In this document: in pieces, positions 48,776 to 61,325 of the stretch
How positions within the stretch are numbered: position 1 is the stretch's first letter
Layout: each line of letters begins with the position of its first letter
Assembly: GCA_051313645.2 (NCBI GenBank)
Contig: JBNRSN020000022.1
Span: 3,658,001 to 3,722,000 of the forward strand
DNA from: Centroscyllium fabricii
Taxonomy: Eukaryota
Direction of reading: 5' to 3'
Length of the DNA: 64,000 nucleotides
Made by a program: the position numbers and the translations under genes
Notes under the pieces: generated by a model
What the model was told of the DNA's origin: nothing
The model's database searches: none
Seen by the model: only the letters and a program-made list of their open reading frames with translations

Positions 48776-49948
48776 TTCTCCCAGGGCTGCGACTGACCGA
48801 CGTCGCCTGCGGCCCGTCCGCCATCACAGTCACATGCGACATCTCCTTGGCGCAACCCCGCACCGTGGTCCCGGCGTCCTGCCGAAAACAAGTGTTCGAC
48901 ATTGTCCACGGCCTCTCCCATCCCGGCGCCCGCGCGTCCGTTAAACTGGTTGTCAACCGATTTGTCTGGCGCGGCCTGCGCAAAGATGTGCGTGCCTGGG
49001 CCAACTCCTGCATAGCTTGCCAGCGTGCCAAAATCCACCAGCACATCAAAGCCCCACTCGAAGAGTTCACCGTGCCAGAACGGAGGTTCGACTGCGTCCA
49101 CATCGACCTCGTCAGCCCCCTGCCACCATCACACAAGGTCACACGCACCTGCTGATGCTCATAGACTGCACCACCCGCTGGCCCGAGGCCATTCCATTGA
49201 CGGCCACCACCACCACCGACATCACGAGGGCGTTCATCGGTACCTGGGTCGCTTGGTTCAGCATCCCCTCCGATATGACGTTGGATAGAGGCCCGCAGTT
49301 CACCTCTGACCTCTGGGCCGCCATTGCCCCCAACCTCGGCGTCGCCGTTCACCGCACCACGGCTTACCACCCACAAGCCAATGGACTGTGTGAACGATTC
49401 CACAGGTCCATGAAGGCATCCCTCCACGCCAGCCTTGAGGACGAGGCTTGGATCGACCGCCTCCAGTGGGTGCTACTTGGTCTACGCTCCATGGTCAAGA
49501 AAGACCTACAAGCCTCGGCGGCAGAACTTGTATACGGCCAGCCGCTGCACGTACCCGGAGAGTTCCTGCCCACTGCCACGGCACCCTGGTCGGCCGACCA
49601 GCAACGCCACATTTTCGTCAACCGAGCACAACAGTTCGCCCCTGTACCCACCGGCCGGCATGGCGAACCAGCAACCCACATACCACCTAGCCTGCACATG
49701 GCCAAATTTGTTTTCGTACACCATGATGCCCACCGAGGGCCTCTACGGCCCCCATATGATGGACCCTACAAGGTTCTCCAGACGGGGAACAAGTTCTTCC
49801 TCTTCGAAGTGGGCGGCAGAACCGACAAGGTGTCGGTCGACCTGCTCAAATTGGCGCACCTGGAGCCCGGCGAACCTGTTCAAGTGGACCAGCCCCCAAC
49901 GCGGGGCAGACCGCCTAAGAGCCTGACCCGTCCAACTGCCCCACTCTC

Positions 49949-50320
49949 ACGGTGGCGTAGTGGTTAGCACTGCTGCCTCGCAATAAGGAGCTCCTGGGTT
50001 CGAATCCTGCTTGGCCCAGGACACCTCTGCGTGGAGTTTGCATGTTCTCCCCGTGTTTCTGTGGGTTTCCTCCGGGTACTCCGGTTTCCTCCCACCACCC
50101 AAAGACATGCAGGTTAGGTGAATTGGAGATACTAAAAATTGCCCATGAGTATGTGTGTGAGATATAGTTCTTAGAGTTGAGGGTGTCGGGGGATATGGGG
50201 AGCGGGTAGGAGGGTGGTGCTGGGTTTGGATGATCAGCCATGATCTCGTCAAGAAATGGCAGAGCAGGTTCGAAGGGCCAAATGGCCTACTCCTGCTCCT
50301 ATCTTCTGTGTCTGTGTTTC
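49949..50320 (+). mobile_element. HE1-like V-SINE
   Basis: ggtggcgtagtgg A box, ggttcgaatcc B box, V core, CR1 tail. Confidence 0.88.
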
Positions 50321-52495
50321 AACACCAACCGCCAAGAACCGTTCCGGCCGTGCCATCAAACCGCCATACCGGTTCATACACTCCCGACTAGCGGATTCTG
50401 GGGGGAGCTGTGTGGCGTACCGATCACAGAATGGACACAATCCGCTTTTCGGTCTGTAGACTTTAAATCAGGTGCCATGCCTTTAAGAGGCAGCATGCCT
50501 TTAAGAGACTCTGCCAGTATATAAATAGCCCAAGGGCAGGAGAAACCAGTTGAAGCTGTTGTTTGAAATAAAGCAGTTGTGCTGTTGGTGCTTCCAGACT
50601 CCATTTTATGCTCAGCTAGCAGCTTCCACAAGACTTCAAAAACAAAGGCAGACAGCAGAACCAGAGAGAGAAACACAATATCCATGCCATGGATGAACAG
50701 GATGATGATGATTATGGTTATGACAATACACTGGACATCAAAACCATAAGGGTACAGCTTCACGAGATGTCCAGAGTGGAAAATACTCCAAAGAGAGAAT
50801 TGCACACCATCATCCAAATCAAAGAGGGTCAAAGGTCAGCCCACAACCATCAACTTAAAGTTGAAGCTGGATACAGAGGCTCAGAGCAACGTTCTCCCAT
50901 TGAGACTGTACCAGCAGAACTTTCCCGAAAACTTGAGAGAAGATGGCTACCCAAAAAATGGTTGTTTAAAGGCAAGTAATGTCACGCTGACAGCATGCAG
51001 GGGGAGTGAGATCAAACAACTCGGAACAGCCTTTGTCAAAGGGACACACGAAGGAAAGAACATCAACTGCATGTTCTATGCCACCGACACTGAGGGGCCA
51101 GCGATCCTGGGATTAAACAGCTGCCAGAAATTGAGATTAATCTCAGTGAATCACGAGCTGATGGAAACGTCACTGAGGATAGACAGCAACACCCTGCTGG
51201 AGAATCGCTCACAAATCAAGAGTAAAAAAGACTTGATAGACATGTATCCGGAATGCTTCGATGATACAGTGAGATGTTTCAGAGATTTCCAATACCATCA
51301 ATCCAGAGGTGAAGCCCGTTATCCATGCTCCATGAAAAGTACCCATCGAGCTGAAGACAAAGCTTGAAATAGAGCGAAAGGAGATGGAAGAAAAGGGAGT
51401 GATCGCAAAGGTCACTGAACCCACAGACTGGGTAAACTCAATTGTGGTACGAGGAAAGCCAAACGGGCATCTCAGAATTTGTTTGGACGCCAAAGATCTA
51501 AACCAGGTGATAAAGAGGGACCACTGTCCCACCCCAACGCTAGAGGAGATTACACCATCACTGGCAGGAGCCAAGGACTTCTCAAAACTAGATGCCAGGA
51601 ATGGATATTGGAACGTGAAGTTGGATGAGGAATCAACAACACTGACAACATTCAACACACCATTTGGGCGTTACAAATTCCTGCCGCTACCATTCGGGTT
51701 AAAGGTCAGTCAAGATATTTTTCAACAGAAAGTAGACGAGACATACAGAGGCTGTTGAGGGGCTGTAGGAATTGCTGATAATATTCAGATCTATGGAGCA
51801 GATGAAAGAGACTATGATATGCACCTACATGAGGCCATAGAGCGTACCAGGAAGGCTGGCATCAAGGTAAATGCCGATAAGTGCATAGTCAAAGTCAAGG
51901 AATGCCAATTCTTTGGTATGATTACACACCAGAGGGAGTGAAGCCAAGTCCTGAGAAGATTACATCGATTGCTGAAATGAAACCACCCAAAGATAAGAAA
52001 GAGCTGAGAAGTTACCTCGGCTTGGTCCAATACATGAGTTCTTTCATCCCAAACATGTCGGAACACACAGCAAATCTCAGAGAGCTAATGAAAGACGGCG
52101 AATACCAGTGGTCTGAATCACATGAAAGGAGTTTCAAACAACTTAAAGAACTGTTGTGCAAAGAAACAAGTCTGTCATTTTATGACAGAAGAAAACCAGT
52201 CACTCTTCAAGTAGATGCTTCTACCAGAGGATATGGGGCAGCCCTTGTGCAGGAAGGAAAGCCGATAGCTTTCGCATCAAAGGCCTTGACGTCAGCCAAG
52301 ACAAGATATGCCAACATAGAGAACTGTTAGCAGTAGTGTATGGGTGTGAGAAATTCCATACATACCTGTATGGAAGGCAGTTTATAATAGTGACCATCGT
52401 CCACTAGAGCAAATCTACAAGACGAACCTGTGCAAAGCACCTACAAGACTGCAAAGCTATGGCTTCATTCTTAAATATAAGCCAGGAAAGGACAT

Positions 52496-55400
52496 TGTGG
52501 TAAACCACTTTGTTTAATATCCATGGCCTGTAATATTGTATATAGTTCTGTGTGTACTGTTTGTCTGGGCATGCCCATGCTGACCCCGCCTGTGACTCCT
52601 CCTCCCAGGACAGGTATAAAGGTGACTGTCTCCCTCCCCCCATTCATTCCGGGAGCAGTCGACTAGCTGGTGCATGCCCAACCTTTAGCGAATAAAAGCC
52701 TTTATTCACCTCGTAACTTCTCGTCTCCGAGGTCATTGATACGGTATCAATTTTATTGGCTAAATTTAATCATGGAGACCATGCTAAAACCAGCGAGGTT
52801 AGAACTGGATCCCCAAACACCAGGCGCCTCTGACACGTTTTCGCACTGGTTCAACTGCTTTGAGGTGTACCTCGAAGCCACCGCGGCGATCGTCCAGACG
52901 GACAAGGACAAGCTGCGCCTTCTCAACGCCCGGGTGGGCCCCCAAGTTTACTCTATAATCGCGGACGCTACGTCCTACATAGAGGCGGTCCGAATACTGA
53001 AGGCCGAGTATAACCGGACACCGAACATCGTCCACGCCAGACACCTCCTGGCCACCAGAAAGCAACAACCCGGGGAATCGAGCGTGGAGTTCCTACGAGC
53101 GCTGAGAGTCCTCTGCCGGGCCTGCAACTGTAAGTCACAGTCAGCCTTGATGCACTCGGAAAGTCTCATCAGGGATGCTTATGTGACTGGCCTCAGGTCC
53201 GATTATATCCGCCAGAGACTGTTGGAGCAGAATGGCATGGACCCGATGGCAACAATTGAACTTGGGAACGCGCTGGACTTGGCACCCATAATATGTACTC
53301 TTACTCGGGCGACCACACGGGCACATCGCGGACGCCGCCATCTTCGACACAGCCGGCCGCACCGTGTCTGGCGGAAGAGATGACTGCGGCGATGACCTCA
53401 AAAGGGCCTAAATGCTACTTCTGCGGCCAGGCCCAGCACCCCAGGCGAAATTGCCCAGCGAGAGACGCGGCCTGCTCTAAGTGCGGTAAGAAGGGCCACT
53501 ACGCAAAGGTCTGCAGAGCAGCGGCAATACCGTCCTCCAAACCGGGCGGCGCCGCGTGTGGGCTGTGGGGGCAGCCATCTTGGACACAGCCATCTTCATC
53601 ACAGCCCGCCGCGTGGGAGCAGACGCCATCTTGGACACAGCCATCTTCCACACAGCACGCCACGTGGCGGCAGCTATCTTGGGACCAGGCCCCAGACCTC
53701 TCAACTGACTCGACCGACCCGATACTGGCCTCCATCACACTCGACCAGAACAGGAGCCAGCCACTGAGCAAATCGATGATGACGGTGAAGGTGAACGGGC
53801 GGAGTACGGATTGCCTTTTCGACAGCGGGAGCACGGCGAGCTTTGTCCACCCAGATACGGTAAAGCGCTTCTCCCTTACAGTCATGCCGGCTACCCAAAA
53901 AATCTCGATGGCATCAAAGTCCGAATCCGCGGACGTCTGCGGTCGCTGCGTAGTGACCCTGACAGTGCGGGGCGTGCACTTCCAGACTTTTAAATTATTC
54001 GTGCTGCCGCAGCTCTGCGCTCCCTTACTGCTGGGCCTCGACTTCCAATGTCACCTCCAGAGCGTGACTATGGCGTACGGTGGGCCCCTTCCCCCGCTCA
54101 CGGTCAGCAACCAGTGCTCCCAGCAGTACCCACAGCGCGCTACCTGCGGTCTCTCGACCCTTAAGGTCGCCCCCCCTCACTCTTCGCCAACCTCACCCCG
54201 GACTGCAAGCCCGTCGCCACCAAAAGTAGGCGCTACAGTACCGGGGACAGAGACTTCATCAAGTCTGAGGTGAAGCGGCTCCTGAAGGAGGGAGTTATCG
54301 AGGCCAGTAATAGTCCCTGGAGGGCGCAGGTAGTGGTTGTGAAGACCGGATGGTCGTGGACTACAGTCAGACCATTAACCGGTTTACGCAGCTAGATGCG
54401 TATCCCCTCCCCCGCATAGCGGATATGGTGAACCAGATCGCCCAGTATCGGGTCTTCTCGACCATTGATCTGAAGTCTGCGTACCACCAGCTCCCCATCC
54501 GCTCAGAGGACCGTCACTATACTGCTTTCGAGGCAGAGGGCCGCCTCTATCACTTCCTCAGGGTTCCGTTCGGTGTCACCAACGGGGTCTCGGTCTTCCA
54601 AAGGAAGATGGACCGAATGGTCGATCAGTACGGACTGCGGGACACCTTTCCGTATCTTGATAATGTGACCATCTGCGGCCACGACCAGCAGGACCACGAC
54701 ACCAACCTCCAGAAATTTCTCCACACCGCCAAAAATCTGAACCTGACCTATAACACGGGCAAAATGTGTGTTCAGGACAACCCGCCTCGCCATCCTCAGC
54801 AGTGTTGTGGAGAATGGGGTCATCGGTCCCGACCCGGACCGCATGCGCCCCCTCCTGGAGCTCCCCTTCCCCCACTCCCTCAAGGACCTGAAAAGGTGCC
54901 TGGGGTTCTTTTCTTATTATGCACAGTGGGTCTCCAATTACGCGGACAAAGCCCGCCCACTACTCAAATCAACCTCCTTTCCCCTGTCGGCAGAGGCCCG
55001 CACGGCCTTCTGTGGCATAAACCAAGACATTGCAAAGGCCGCGATGCACGTTGTGGACGAGGCCGTCCCGTTCCAGGTAGAGAGCGATGCGTCCGACTTT
55101 GCCCTGGCCGCCACCCTTAACCAGGCTGGCAGACCCGTGGCCTTCTTCTCGCGCACCCTCCAGGGCCCCGAGACCCGACACTCTTCTGTTGAGAAGGAGG
55201 CCCAGGCCATTGTTGAAGCAGTGCGACACTGGAAGCACTACCTGGCCGGCAAACGATTTACCCTGCTGACTGACCAACGCTCAGTCGCGTTCATGTTCAA
55301 CAACAAAGAGCGGGGTAAAATCAAGAATGACAAGAAATTGAGGTGGATAATTGAGCTCTCTGCTTTCAATTATGATATCTTGTACCGGCCCGCGAAATTC

Positions 55401-56980
55401 AATGAACCCCCAGATGCCCTGTCCCGCGGTACATGTGCCAGCACACAAGTGGACCGTCTCCAGACCCTGCACAATGACCTCTGCCACCCGGGGGTCACCA
55501 GGTTCGTCCATTTCATTAAGTCCTGCAACCTCCCCTACTCCATCGAGGAGGTCAAGACCATGACCAGGAACTGCCGGGTCTGTGCAGAGTGCAAGCCGCA
55601 TTTCTTTCGACCAGAATGGGCACACCTGATCAAGGCCACCCGCCCCGTTGAGCGACTCAGCGTCGATTTTAAAGGGCCCCTCCCCTCGTCCAACCGAAAC
55701 GTGTACTTCTTAAATGTCATTGACGAGTACTCGCGTTTCCCCTTCGCCATCCCCTGCCCGGACATGACCTCCTCTACGGTCATCAGGGCACTGCACAGCA
55801 TCTTCTCCCTGTTCGGCTACCCCAGCTACATCCATAGCGACCGGGGGGCCTCTTTTATGAGTGACGAGCTGCGTCAGGTTCTGCTAGCCAAGGGCATCGC
55901 TACCAGCAGGACTACCAGCTTTCACCCCCGGGGGAATGGACAGGTAGAGAGGGAGAACGCCACCATCTGGAAGGCCATCCTGTTAGCCCTACGGTCTAAA
56001 GGCCTCCCAGTCTCCCGCTGGCAGGACGTCCTCCCCGAAGCGCTCCACTCCATTCGGTCACTTTTATGTACGGCCACTAACGCCACCCCTCATGAGCGAC
56101 TTTTTGCCTTCCCTAGAAAGTCAGCTTCAGGGACCCCGCTGCCGTCATGGCTATCGTCCCCAGGACCCGTCCTGCTCCGGAAGCACGTGAGGGGCCATAA
56201 GTCGGACCCCCTGGTCGAACAGGTCCACCTCCTGCACGCCAACCCCCAGTACGCCTACGTGGCGTACCCTGACGGGAGGGAGGATACGGTGTCCATCAAG
56301 GACCTGGCACCCACGGGTGCCGCCAAGACCAGTACGACCCATCAGCCCGCACCCCGCCCCCCCTGCCTACCGCCACCTTTGGGGCACCAGCACCACGGTA
56401 CGCCGCTCCCCACGAGGCACCAGCACCATGGTATGCCCACCCAGCACCTGTAGGCAGCACAGTACGGCACCCTAATCTACGCACCCGCCAGCCGGATGAC
56501 GAATGGGAGAGCGCGCCCCTGATTGTTACCGCAAGGGGCCAAGCATCGGATCAAACGCCCTCGCCGACCCTGCTGTCGCCGACTTCATCGCCAGCGGTGC
56601 GCCCGCCGACTTCACCACCAGCAGTGCGCCACTCGACGAGGCAGACCAGGCCGCCCGACAGACTTAATCTTTAAGGACTGCATTGCGTTCGCCCCGCCGG
56701 ACTTTGTTTTTTAACAAGGGGTGAATGTGGTCAAATACTTTGTGTATATATCCATGGCCTGTAATATTGTATATAGTTCTGTGTGTACTGTTTCTCTGGG
56801 CATGCCCATGCTGACCCCGCCTGTGACTCCTCCTCCCAGGACAGGTATAAAGGTGACTGTCTCCCTCCCCCCATTCATTCCGGGAGCAGTCGACTAGCTG
56901 GTGCATGCCCAACCTTCAGCGAATAAAAGCCTTTATTCACCTCGTAACTTCTCGTCTCCGAGGTCATTGATACGGTATCA
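52496..56980 (+). mobile_element. Full-length compact Ty3/Gypsy element (family B, copy 2), 4485 bp
   Basis: LTRs 52496-52749 and 56726-56980, TSD gacat, gag from 52772 with two CCHC knuckles, protease LFDSGS, RT YLDN, RNase H, integrase; a few frameshifts. Confidence 0.96.
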
Positions 56981-57055
56981 GACATGGCACTAGCAGATGC
57001 GTTGTCTCGATTGTCACCACATGAGAAACATGAGATGGAGGGCCTAACAGTAAAA

Positions 57056-57437
57056 GTCCATCACCGAGTGAGTGTTACCCCCACAAAATCCACCACCGAG
57101 TGAGTGTTACCCCCACAAAATCCACCACCGAGTGAGTTACCCCCACAAAATCCACCACCGAGTGAGTGTTACCCCCACAAAATCCACCACCGAGTGAGTG
57201 TTACCCTCACAAAATCCACCACCGAGTGAGTGTTACCCCCACAAAATCCACCACCGAGTGAGTGTTACCCCCACAAAATCCACCACCGAGTGAGTGTTAC
57301 CCCCACAAAATCCACCACCGAGTGAGTGTTACCCCCACAAAATCCACCACCGAGTGAGTGTTACCCCCACAAAATCCACCACCGAGTGAGTGTTACCCCC
57401 ACAAAATCCACCACCGAGTGAGTGTTACCCCCACAAA
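57056..57437. repeat. 32-bp minisatellite, about 12 copies, inside Gypsy C pol
   Basis: Unit tccaccaccgagtgagtgttacccccacaaaa. Confidence 0.95.
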
Positions 57438-57507
57438 GCTCAGTCAAATCAGAGGTGAGACGAGCAAAGATGAGGAACTGCAATTACTCTCACAACAAGT
57501 GATGCAG

Positions 57508-57598
57508 GAGCGGCCGGAGAGAATCCAGCCAGTACAGGGGCGGCCGGAGAGAATCCAGCCGGTACAGGGGCGGCCGGAGAGAATCCAGCCAGTACAGG
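57508..57598. repeat. 30-bp in-frame tandem repeat x3 inside Gypsy C pol
   Basis: Unit gcggccggagagaatccagccagtacaggg. Confidence 0.9.
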
Positions 57599-58941
57599 CG
57601 ACAATTCGTCAATAATGGACGATTAGAGACGACATCGCAGTGGAAGACGGGATTCTCCTCGCTGGATCGAGGATCATCGTGCCAAAGACGATGCAGACAG
57701 ACTTCTCCATCTAATACATGAAGGCCACATGGGAATGGAGAAATGCGAGCTGAGAGCCAGATCAGCTGTGTACTGGATAGGCATGTACAAAAATATCCAA
57801 CAGATGGTATCTGCATGTGGTATAAATACAGAAACGCACAACAGAAAGAGATGCTATCTAGTGAAATACCGGCAAGACCATGGCACACTGTTGGGGCAGA
57901 TCTCTTCACGTACAATCAGGAATGGTATCTCATAGTGACAGATTACTACTCCAAGTTTCCTTTTGTGAGAAGGTTGAAAGATCCGAGAGCCACAACTACC
58001 ACCAGAATTGCAAAGATCTTGTTTGTTGAACAAGGAATCTGGGAAAAGTAATCAGTGACAATGGAACCCAGTTCACATCGAGTGAATTCAGAGCTCTGGC
58101 AGAAAAGTATGGGTTCAAAATAGTAACCTCATCCCCACACTTCCCATGGGGACACGGGTTCATCGAAAGACAGATCCAGACTGTCAAGAGGACTCTCATC
58201 AAAAGCAGGGAGATGGGGGAAGACCAAGACCTTGCCCTCCTATCACTCAGATCAACACCACTGAAAGCAGACATGAAATCACCCGCGGAATTGCTGAATG
58301 GTAGGAAGTTCAAGACTACCCTACCGGCAAAAATACATCCTCCCCAGGACCAGGAGGACGTCAGACAGAAGTTGACAGAAGCACAAGTCATAGGGAGCAA
58401 ACATTTCGACAAACATGCAAAGCTGCTGCCAGAGTTGCTGAATGGGCAATCAGTGCCTGTGCAAGATCCAGTGCTGAAAACCTGGAATCCAGCCAAGGTC
58501 ATTGGAAAAGCTGATACTCCAAGATCCTACTGCATAGAGACCGAACCTGGTAACCAATACAGACGGAACAGACTCCACATCAGACCTTCACCTGAACTGG
58601 TCAAGCAGCGGACAACGTCAACAGCATTGACAACACCAGCTACCACAAGCAGGACAATGCCAGCAACAAGCGCCACAACTCCAACAACCACGAGCATGCA
58701 CACTCCAACTCCAAGCGCGACAGCAACACCACCAAGAGCGGAACACACCAAAACACCGCAGAGAGGAGTGGTTACCACCAAATCTACAAGATGAAGGAAC
58801 AACATCCAACCACCTGAGCGATATCTCGAATAAAAAAAAATAGGAAGCTCGAAACCATCATGCAGGCAGAATAATCCTGTGGTTTCTGAGCTAAAGGATT
58901 ACTATCCTTCGCTCTGTTAATCCACTAGCTAAATTATGTTT

Positions 58942-59078
58942 ATAATGTGGAGGTGCCGGTGTTGGATTGGGGTGGACAAATGCAAGAAGTCACACAACAC
59001 CAGATTATAGTCCAACGGTTTTATTTTAAATCATAAGCTTTCGGAGCACTGCTCCTTCGTCAAGGTGAACAGAGAGAG
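58942..59078 (-). mobile_element. Short hammerhead-bearing insert (copy 3)
   Basis: Perfect 12-bp TSD taaattatgttt 58930-58941 and 59079-59090; stem II ggagc/gctcc; core slightly altered. Confidence 0.85.
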
Positions 59079-59365
59079 TAAATTATGTTTGTTCATGCAC
59101 AAGGACCATTGACTCTGTTTAGAACATTGAATAAATTGGGACACAATCAGTATTAGTGGATATCAAGAAAAGAAGGTTCACGATTCTCTGTATTTGCTAT
59201 TTTTAGTTTAGATTTCTTTTTTTTGGAGAAAGAGGGCTGTTCCATCATCATACGGGAACTATTTTGGTGACTGTGTATGTTGTTATGCTGCACTCTGTGG
59301 CACACATGTGCGGTGCCGTTTTTGTATCGTTCCGCATAGAGATAAGAATACAAGGGGACACAACA

Positions 59366-59814
59366 GTTTGGATTCAGGCATCTTCCAATCAGTAACTGAA
59401 ATTTCCAACACCCCCAAAAAAGTTTGAAACAAAATAAAGAAAATCAAGTGCGTATTTCACAATAACATTATTACATTTATCCATCGATAAATATATATAT
59501 TTGCCCCTTGTGTATTTTAATGCCTTCATTGAAGATTTCACATCAAGGCCTTTGCCTTGTCTCAAAAGGCTGGGCTCTGACTGGAGTGGGCCTCCTGATC
59601 TCCCGCTGTAACTGATGGAAGGTCGCCCCTGGAAATCAGGGATTGGGGGAGGTGGGGGGGGGGGGGGAAGCCTCCTGTGGAAAGTCTACCCAAATATTTT
59701 TACCTGAAAAGTTTACCGGAGATTTCAGTCACATCTGGGCAGACTGAGCAGGCACTGTCTGCAGAGTCTCCCAGCATGCAATATTTAAAAACTCGGAAAT
59801 TACATAGATGAATT
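59366..59814 (+). repeat. 449-bp direct duplicate of 40663-40735 + 43302-43682
   Basis: Collinear match from gtttggattcag to tacatagatgaatt once the gag-only element is removed. Confidence 0.93.
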
Positions 59815-59864
59815 TAAATGAGGTATTTTTGTTGAAGGATATTTATGTTTATTAGAAAGAAGAA

Positions 59865-60123
59865 AAACTTGCATTCATATAGCGCCAGGAAGAACTCCCC
59901 GGCTTTTCTTCAAATCAGTGCCATGGGATCTTTTACCTGAGGGCAGAACAGGGCCTCAGTGTAACATCTCATCCAAAAGACGGCACCTCCAACAGAGCAG
60001 CACTCGCTCAGCACTGCATTGAAGCGTCAGCCTAGCTTTTTGTGCTCAGGTCTGTGGAGTGGGACTTGAACCCACAACCTTCTGACCCAGAGACAAGAGT
60101 GCTGCCCACTGATCCACAGCTGA
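59865..60123 (-). mobile_element. DeuSINE (SacSINE1/AmnSINE1-like core) with tRNA head
   Basis: Deu-like core ctcatccaaaagacggcacctccaacag...cagcactgca; B-box-like gacttgaaccc near 60063. Confidence 0.75.
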
Positions 60124-60916
60124 CATTAAATACTGTACAAGGCAGCAGACTCTCTAATTATATATTAAAGGGGACATTTCCAACTCTGTACTGTCAGTGT
60201 ACCACAAAATGCACATTCCTTGCCCATGATCCCCTGTTTGCCGACTTTAGGAAACAGAAAATGGACCATTAAAAGGTAGAAATATAACACTTGTTGTGTT
60301 CGCTGGTGGGCGAAAGAAACTTCCGAGACCAGGTAGCAGCATACAACTTAGTTTATTAAACTACATCGCAGAGAGAGCGTTTTGCGCCCTTGTGCTTGAA
60401 TATAGCGCCTCTCGGGACGTCTTGACGTCATCACGTATGTGCGTGATGACGTCGACGCGTTTCTGCATGTTTGCGCATCGGGCGCATTGCGCGCAGACAT
60501 CTTGACGTCATCACGCATGTGCGTGATGATGTCGGCACCGGCCTCGAGGGAACAGCGTGCCTCGGGCCGGTGCCTGGAGTCCGTGAGTCCGGTGGATTCG
60601 TCGGTGCATGGCGATCCGCCACAGAGCTCCCCCCAGAATCAGTTCAGGAGGAATGGACGAGTCATTGCGGCGGTCTGATGGGTCAGCCGGAGCAGCTCTT
60701 GGCTGGTGTCGGTTGACGAGTCGTGGCCGGGCTAGCTGGCTGGCCGGCAGGTCGACCTTGCGGCGGTGGGTGGGAAACTAGTGTGGTTTCGCCGGGCTCA
60801 GTGTGCGCTGGCTTGAGTCTGTCGATCGACAGTTTCAGTTCTGTTGCCCACCTGTAGGTGGAAAAACCTGTCCCCCGCCCGAAGCACCTTGTAGGGCCCG
60901 TCGTACGGAGGCCCCT

Positions 60917-61325
60917 GGCGGCACGGTGGCATAGTGGTTAGCACTGTTGCCTCACAGCACTGGAGACCCGGGTTCAAATCCAGCCTCAGGTACTATCTGT
61001 GTGGAATTTGCACATTCACCCCGTGTCTGTGTGGGTTTCCTCCGGGTGCTCCGGTTTCCTCCCACAGTCCAAAGATGTGTGGGTTAGGTTGATTGGCCAT
61101 GATAAATTGACCTTAGTGTTAGGGGGATTGAATATGTGGGGTTACGGGCATAGGGTGGGATATGTGTCGGTGCAGGCTCGATAGGGATCGAGGGATATTT
61201 CGGAGAGGGCAGGGGCGGGGTACTGGGTTTGGATGATCAGCCATGATCTCATTGAATGGCGGAGCAGGCTCGAAGGACCGAATGGCCTACTCCTGCTCCT
61301 ATCTTCTATGTTTCATGTTTCTATG
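60917..61325 (+). mobile_element. HE1-like V-SINE inside Gypsy A3 integrase
   Basis: tRNA head, V core, CR1 tail ctatgtttcatgtttctatg. Confidence 0.9.

Larger units (their letters stand above)
45770..50630 (+). mobile_element. Gypsy family A copy 2, 5'-truncated
   Basis: gag end, protease, RT (YLDD), RNase H, integrase; PPT ggattctggggggagc ~50393-50408; LTR 50411-50630. Confidence 0.92.
43682..59365 (+). mobile_element. Mag-like Ty3/Gypsy element (family C), decayed, hosting multiple insertions
   Basis: 5' LTR 43682-43880 (clipped), gag ~44025-44560, protease/RT/RNase H ~50631-52495, integrase ~56981-58794, PPT 59225-59237, 3' LTR 59238-59365. Confidence 0.88.

Noticed and set aside
48100-49101. 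333-aa ORF as a novel fusion gene
   Set aside because: N-terminal third is antisense Gypsy integrase read through into a truncated LINE
51771-51782. IADN in the Gypsy C RT as another Asn active site
   Set aside because: Single copy in a heavily decayed element, one G-to-A change from IADD; no evidence of selection
57056-57437. CRISPR-like appearance of 31-33-bp repeats (also 7376-7617, 20121-20275)
   Set aside because: Head-to-tail units with no unique spacers, no cas genes, eukaryotic context
60917-60990. tRNA genes at SINE heads (also ~23340-23417, ~49949-50010)
   Set aside because: Run directly into V-SINE core and CR1 tail
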